Assembly: GCA_963704435.1 (NCBI GenBank)
Contig: OY969902.1
Span: 510,001-542,000 of the forward strand
Reading direction: 5' to 3'
Length of the DNA: 32,000 nucleotides
Source: an uncultured archaeon
GTDB taxonomy: Archaea; Micrarchaeota; Micrarchaeia; Micrarchaeales; CABMGC01
The position numbers and the translations under genes are program-made. Numbering within the stretch: the first letter of the stretch is position 1; every line of letters starts with the position of its first letter. The notes beneath the pieces were generated by a model. It was given only the letters and a program-made list of their open reading frames with translations, was not told where the DNA came from and did no database searches. Positions 27,725 through 32,000 of this stretch are shown here, one piece after another.

Positions 27725-27931
27725 CTACTTCCTCCCGTAGCTCATTATGTCGTCTATCAGGTCGACGTGGCTGACGAGCATCCTCCTGCAGCAGTACCTC
27801 TTGACCCCAAGGTCGTCGAGAACCTTGCTGGGGTTCTCCTTGTCGACGTTGACCCTGCGGTTGTACTCCTCCCACTTGTCCGCAACCACCTGTCCGCAGG
27901 AAAAACATCTAACGGGTATCATCATATGCAC
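27725..27931 (-). CDS. rpoN: DNA-directed RNA polymerase subunit N
   Basis: [21 protein letters not shown]...[25 protein letters not shown]. Confidence 0.97.
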   Translation of the reverse strand: MHMMIPVRCFSCGQVVADKWEEYNRRVNVDKENPSKVLDDLGVKRYCCRRMLVSHVDLIDDIMSYGRK

Positions 27932-27934
27932 ACC

Positions 27935-28471
27935 TCACCTGTAGGACTTCTGGAACCTGGCCCTCGCCTTCGGCCCCTTGTACTTCTTGGGCTCGACGCG
28001 CCTGACATCGTCCACCATCATAGTCCTGTCGTAAGCGTAATACTCCTTCCGGACAGCGTCGTCCGGCGCAGCCTTCGCGATGGCCTTGGCGATCGCGCTC
28101 CTGGCGGCCTGCGCCTGCCCGCTGACCCCGCCCCCGCGCACGGTTATGCTTATGTCGGATCCGCCGGCTATCTCCCTCGTCGCCCCGGACACGTTGACCG
28201 GCTCGAGTATGAGATCGCGCAGCATCCTCGGCTTGACGGTCCTTATGTCCATGCTGTTCACGGTTATCCTCTCCATCCCCGGAGCGAGCGCCGCTCTGGC
28301 TATCGAGGTCTTCCTCCTTGCCATGGCGATTATGATGTTCGGCCTCTTCCTGGCCGGGCCCGCCCTCTTCGCAGGCGCCCTCTTCGCCTTCGGCTTCGCC
28401 TGCTGCTGTGCCACTACCCCTGCCAGCTCCCTGTTCAGGTTGTCAAGGTTCTTGTCGTCGTTGACCATCAT
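27935..28471 (-). CDS. rps9: 30S ribosomal protein S9 (uS9)
   Basis: ARRKTSIARAAL...ISITVRGGGVSGQAQAARSAIAKAI...YYAYDRTMMVDDVRRVEPKKYKGPKARARFQKSYR; basic N-terminal extension if the first Met is used. Confidence 0.95.
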   Translation of the reverse strand: MMVNDDKNLDNLNRELAGVVAQQQAKPKAKRAPAKRAGPARKRPNIIIAMARRKTSIARAALAPGMERITVNSMDIRTVKPRMLRDLILEPVNVSGATREIAGGSDISITVRGGGVSGQAQAARSAIAKAIAKAAPDDAVRKEYYAYDRTMMVDDVRRVEPKKYKGPKARARFQKSYR

Positions 28472-28956
28472 CTCGCCCCGTATCCAAGCCTCTGCGTCAG
28501 TTCCTTCACGGTCACAGTGGTCTCGAAGGTCTCTTTCCTGTTCTTGAACTCGAGCTTGCCCGCGTTGACTGCCGGGACCCCGTGCGGCGTCCCAACGTAG
28601 ACGGTGAGCCTCCTGAACGCCTCCTTGCCCTTCGGCCTCTTGTAAGGGAGCATTCCCCTAACCACCCTCTTGACCAGCAGGTCCGGCCTCCTTGACCAGT
28701 ATGGCGAGTGCTCGGGATTTGCCTTGTCCACCAGCTCGAGCTTCCTCTTGTAGCTTGCGGTCAGCTGCGTCGCGTGCCCGCTCATCGCCGCCTTCTCCGC
28801 GTTGACCAGTATCACCGTGTTGCCCTGCAGCAGCAGCTTGGCGACGCTGCTGGCCAGCCTCCCGAGTATCTTCGAATCGCAATCTATGACGTATTCCTTG
28901 GCCTTCGCCTGCTCAGTCTTCACTGGGCCAGCCCGCCTCTGGTAGTCCTTCCTCAT
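28468..28956 (-). CDS. rpl13: 50S ribosomal protein L13 (uL13)
   Basis: YVIDCDSKILGRLASSVAKLLLQGNTVILVNAEKAAMSG...RMLPYKRPKGKEAFRRLTVYVGTP-type sequence (here RGMLPYKRPKG...); probable start MRKDYQRRAG, start coordinate approximate. Confidence 0.9.
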   Translation of the reverse strand: MRKDYQRRAGPVKTEQAKAKEYVIDCDSKILGRLASSVAKLLLQGNTVILVNAEKAAMSGHATQLTASYKRKLELVDKANPEHSPYWSRRPDLLVKRVVRGMLPYKRPKGKEAFRRLTVYVGTPHGVPAVNAGKLEFKNRKETFETTVTVKELTQRLGYGAR

Positions 28957-29312
28957 ATGATCAGCCTCGCCTTGCCGCCCTTGAGGATCTCCTCCAGGGA
29001 CACCGTGCTGCACCCGGCCTTCTTGAGCTTCTGCAGCGCCGAGCCGGAGTACTCCACCGCGCAGACGCTTATCCTCTTGTCGATCTCGCCAGTGCCGAGC
29101 ACCTTGCCGGGGACGATGACCCTGTCCTCCGCCTTGGCGCACTTCGATATCTTGCCGACGTTCACGACCACCCTCTGCCTCTTCGGCCTCGCCGCTAGCC
29201 TGTGGATGTCGCCGTAGAGCTTCTCGCCCTTCTTCCCCTTGCTGGCCTCCGCCAGCCTATCGAGGAATCTGAGCAGGTTCTCCTTCTCTATTCTTTCTGG
29301 ATTCTTTTTCAT
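28953..29312 (-). CDS. rpl18e: 50S ribosomal protein L18e
   Basis: MKKNPERIEKENLLRFLDRLAEAS...VVVNVGKISKCAKAEDRVIVPGKVLGTGEIDKRISVCAVEYSGSALQKLKKAGC. Confidence 0.93.
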   Translation of the reverse strand: MKKNPERIEKENLLRFLDRLAEASKGKKGEKLYGDIHRLAARPKRQRVVVNVGKISKCAKAEDRVIVPGKVLGTGEIDKRISVCAVEYSGSALQKLKKAGCSTVSLEEILKGGKARLII

Positions 29313-29324
29313 GAAATGCACCGT

Positions 29325-29423
29325 TGCGGGGGATGGGATTTGAACCCATGCAGGTTCTAAACCACAGGAGTTCTGAATGGGTTCCTCAGTCCTGCGCATT
29401 TGGCCAAGCTCTGCCACCCCCGC
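29325..29423 (-). tRNA. tRNA-Leu(GAG) with 13-nt intron at 37/38 (intron 29371..29383)
   Basis: Minus: acceptor GCGGGGG/CCCCCGC, discriminator A; anticodon stem CAGGA/TCCTG; loop CTGAGG[AACCCATTCAGAA]C; BHB central helix CTGA/TCAG with bulges GGA and AAC; variable arm GGTT-TAG-AACC; T arm ATGGG-TTCAAAT-CCCAT. Confidence 0.95.
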
Positions 29424-29424
29424 G

Positions 29425-29994
29425 TTACTTCTTCAGTTCTTTATGTATCTCTTTCAGATCGCTGCTTATTATATCTAGTGCTCTCCTTGCTATCTCTACA
29501 GACTGCATCTGGCCAAATGACTCTATGTAGAACTCAAAGTCTGAATCGTTCTTCGCTTTGTAGGATATAATCCCGGGCTGGAACTTCGCGCTCCTGCTGC
29601 CCGCGCCGAGCACCGCCTTGCAGTCCGCCCTTATGCGCTGCCCATCGGCGAGCTTTATGATCGGTATGTTCCCGTTCGCGGCCGTGACCTCCTTGTCGCT
29701 GCTCTTCAGGTCCTTCGAATAGACGGTGCCCGGGCCGTCGGATTCCAGCGACAGCACGACCGAGTCGGTCTCGCCGTAGCCCTTCGGGGTCAGCAGCGGC
29801 ACGAGGCCTATCCTGTGCGCTATGTACTCGTCGAACATCGCGCTGGAGTTCTCGTAGAACGTGACGGAGTCGACGGCGAAGCAGCCGACCGACGCCGTGG
29901 CGATGCGCCTTATGGCGTTCGCTAGCGCATACGTGATGCCGCTGACGTCGATTCTCACGACGCCGGGTAGATTCTCAATGATGCTAACTTTCAT
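29425..29994 (-). CDS. rpoD: DNA-directed RNA polymerase subunit D
   Basis: VRIDVSGITYALANAIRRIATASVGCFAVDSVTFYENSSAMFDEYIAHRIGLVPL. Confidence 0.96.
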   Translation of the reverse strand: MKVSIIENLPGVVRIDVSGITYALANAIRRIATASVGCFAVDSVTFYENSSAMFDEYIAHRIGLVPLLTPKGYGETDSVVLSLESDGPGTVYSKDLKSSDKEVTAANGNIPIIKLADGQRIRADCKAVLGAGSRSAKFQPGIISYKAKNDSDFEFYIESFGQMQSVEIARRALDIISSDLKEIHKELKK

Positions 29995-30075
29995 CAGATC
30001 AGCAAAAATGAGGCAAATGCCTTTAAGCTATTACTGCGTTAAAATTATTTAAACGTTGCTTTGCGGGCGTATGGC

Positions 30076-30663
30076 ATGGATTTCTGGGGAATTTACAAAA
30101 ATTCGGAGATGTCTCCGGGTTTCGGGCAGGCGAGGCTGACGCTCTGCGCGAGGGACAGGATACATATTTCCAACTCCGCGATCGCGGATTACTGCACCCC
30201 GATTGGGCCGGACACCGGATTCTCCAGGAAATACGACGAGAGGTCGAGGTACGTCCTCGCCGGGGACCTGACCTATGACCTGCTGGTCTCGATTTACGAC
30301 GTGAATTCATCGCGCGCCTTCCTGCTGAGACTATCCAATCCCCTGAGCGAGATCGCGTTCAAGAGAGTGGCGGCCACCATTAAATCGCTGGCCAGGCCCA
30401 ACCTCGAGATGCGCGTCATAGGATTGCAGAACGGCGCCACGGGTCCGCTGGGAACGGTGCGCGAGCTGATCAAGCATGCGAAGTTCAGCCTGCAGGAGGT
30501 CGACATCTTCGGCGTGGAGATGAGGAACGTGGCGTTCGACCTCAAGCAGGGGATGGCGTTCGACGTGCTCCTTCTCGACAGGCCGTACGCCAGGGGCGAG
30601 CTGGTCAACAAGGCGAAGAGGGAGGAGTTCGACGCCAAGAAGTCGGAGTTCAAGCTCCAGTAG
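30076..30663 (+). CDS. hypothetical protein
   Basis: Long open frame MDFWGIYKNSEMSPGFGQARLTL... with upstream A/T-rich box (attatttaaa near 30045); no family recognised. Confidence 0.6.
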   Translation: MDFWGIYKNSEMSPGFGQARLTLCARDRIHISNSAIADYCTPIGPDTGFSRKYDERSRYVLAGDLTYDLLVSIYDVNSSRAFLLRLSNPLSEIAFKRVAATIKSLARPNLEMRVIGLQNGATGPLGTVRELIKHAKFSLQEVDIFGVEMRNVAFDLKQGMAFDVLLLDRPYARGELVNKAKREEFDAKKSEFKLQ

Positions 30664-31216
30664 CAGGGGGCGGGGACTGCAGCTTCAGCTCGAGCAGGTC
30701 GGTGTAGACCGGACCCTCAGCGCCAAGCACGCTCTTCTTGAGGACCACTGACCTGGCCTCGAAGGAACCGAAGTCGGTCTGCGCGCGCTCGTTTATAGCG
30801 CGCAGCAGTTCCTGGCGGTCCCTGACGCGCTTCGCCCTGGCCACGGTCATGTGCGGCGTGAAGCTTTCCTCTTCGAAGGCGATGCCGCCCTTGGAAAGCG
30901 CGTCGCAGAGCCTCTGCCGCAGCTCGAGCAGTTCGGCAGCGCCCTCCTTCACCTCGGCGAACACGATCTTTATGAAATCTGGAGAGAAGCATGAGACCCC
31001 CTTCAGGGAAATCCTGAAAGGCCGGAATTCCACGCCGCTGATCGCCGATGCCGCCCTTTCTGCATCGCCTTCGCTTATCTCTCCGAGGAACAGCAGCGTA
31101 AGGTGGACCGCCTCCCTCTTCGCGAATACCAATCCCGGGAAGGCCATGCCGTACTTCAGGTCCTCGACCTTGTCCTTCACCTCGGCAGGCACATCGATCG
31201 CTATAAACGCCCTCAC
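30650..31216 (-). CDS. thpR: RNA 2',3'-cyclic phosphodiesterase (2'-5' RNA ligase family)
   Basis: MRAFIAIDVPAEVKDKV, two HxTx motifs (VHLTLLFLGE, FTPHMTVAR). Confidence 0.92.
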   Translation of the reverse strand: MRAFIAIDVPAEVKDKVEDLKYGMAFPGLVFAKREAVHLTLLFLGEISEGDAERAASAISGVEFRPFRISLKGVSCFSPDFIKIVFAEVKEGAAELLELRQRLCDALSKGGIAFEEESFTPHMTVARAKRVRDRQELLRAINERAQTDFGSFEARSVVLKKSVLGAEGPVYTDLLELKLQSPPPATGA

Positions 31217-31238
31217 ATGAAAACCTATTAATCCTCAA

Positions 31239-31606
31239 ATGGCTATTCCTGTTATGCTTCAGGAAGACGGGATTAAAAAGATTAGCCTATTGGAGTTCGC
31301 GGGCGCCGATATCAGGGTGGGCAGGATACTCGATGTGAGGGACCATGAGGGCGCCAGGAAGCCGATGTACGTGCTCTCCGTGGGATTCGGCGCCGAGATC
31401 GGGTCAGGCAGATCGTTGCAGGCATAAGGGAGTTCTACACCAAGGAAGAGCTTATCGGCAAGAAGGTGGTCTGCGTGGTGAACCTCGATCCGAAATCGAT
31501 CGCCGGGGTGGAGTCGGAGGGAATGGTGCTCGCCGCTGAGGGCGGAGATGGGGTATCCCTGCTCGTTCCTGACAGGGACCTTGAGGAGGGCAGCAGGGTG
31601 CGCTGA
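31239..31606 (+). pseudogene. tRNA-binding domain protein (CsaA/EMAPII-like) interrupted by one apparent frameshift near 31400-31405
   Basis: Frame A: LLEFAGADIRVGRILDVRDHEGARKPMYVLSVGFGAEIG then stop soon after. Frame B from 31406: RQIVAGIREFYTKEELIGKKVVCVVNLDPKSIAGVESEGMVLAAEGGDGVSLLVPDRDLEEGSRVR to TGA 31604-31606. Confidence 0.8.
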
Positions 31607-32000
31607 ATGGTGATAGCGGTGACGGGGATGCCGGGCGCTGGCAAGAGCGAGGTCGGCAGGGCGCTTGGCAGGATGGGCTACCGCGTCTACGAGCTCGGCG
31701 ACGTGGTCAGGGAGATGATGAGGGAGGGCGGGGTTCCCGCCACGCGCAAGTCGACCGCAGAGTTCGCAATCATGATAAGGAAGAAATATGGAAAGCTCGT
31801 GACCATGAAAAGGCTACTGGACACGCTGAAACTAAAGCGCGGTGACAAGGTGGCGATCGTCGGGGTCAGGAGCGGCGTGGAGGAAGCATACATAAAGAAG
31901 AGGACTGGAGCTACCGCCATCGCGGTCGTTGCGCCGCTCGGCCTTAGGTTCAGGAGAATAAGGGCGAGGGGAAGGTACGACGCGCCGAAGACGCTTAAGG
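31607..32000 (+). CDS. P-loop nucleotide kinase-like protein (UPF0200/dephospho-CoA kinase-like), truncated by the window end
   Basis: Read by hand: MVIAVTGMPGAGKSEVGRALGRMGYRVYELGDVVREMMREGGVPATRKSTAEFAIMIRKKYGKLV...; runs off the window. Confidence 0.8.
   Translation, partial: MVIAVTGMPGAGKSEVGRALGRMGYRVYELGDVVREMMREGGVPATRKSTAEFAIMIRKKYGKLVTMKRLLDTLKLKRGDKVAIVGVRSGVEEAYIKKRTGATAIAVVAPLGLRFRRIRARGRYDAPKTLK

Noticed and set aside
1-32000. CRISPR arrays, transposon terminal repeats, rRNA genes, toxin-antitoxin or other defence cassettes
   Set aside because: No regularly spaced repeats, transposase, reverse transcriptase, nuclease/helicase defence pairs or rRNA sequence were recognised; the only tandem array is the in-frame 18-bp coding repeat.

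Overview
The window is about 32 kb of archaeal chromosome. Evidence: RpoD/RpoN RNA polymerase subunits, uS2/uS9/uL13/L18e, MCM helicase, family-B DNA polymerase, BHB-type tRNA introns and leaderless TATA promoters. Gene style, including N-terminal 'QASxxxLxxYG' pilin-like proteins, suggests a Micrarchaeota/ARMAN-like DPANN lineage; that placement is inference. Most of the window is housekeeping: a grpE-dnaK-dnaJ cluster, polB, tldD/tldE, map, nrdJ, rnhB, mcm, ribosomal and RNAP genes, thpR. The most notable observations are: (1) two tRNA genes not called by the ORF track, tRNA-Ala(GGC) and a tRNA-Pro-like gene with anticodon AGG, each with a short BHB-foldable intron in the T-loop (59/60) that restores a perfect T-arm when removed, plus tRNA-Leu(GAG) with a 13-nt canonical 37/38 intron; (2) a LAGLIDADG homing endonuclease gene spliced between grpE and dnaK with start/stop overlaps on both sides; (3) a divergent locus in which a membrane-anchored wHTH regulator, with a 7x18-bp repeat encoding an NSSQAQ sequon array, faces an ABC exporter operon, with mirrored AAAGCGAA boxes in the shared promoter; (4) a DnaJ that ends right after its zinc fingers; (5) a frameshifted tRNA-binding-domain (CsaA/EMAPII-like) gene. 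No CRISPR array, transposon, rRNA or clear defence system was seen.
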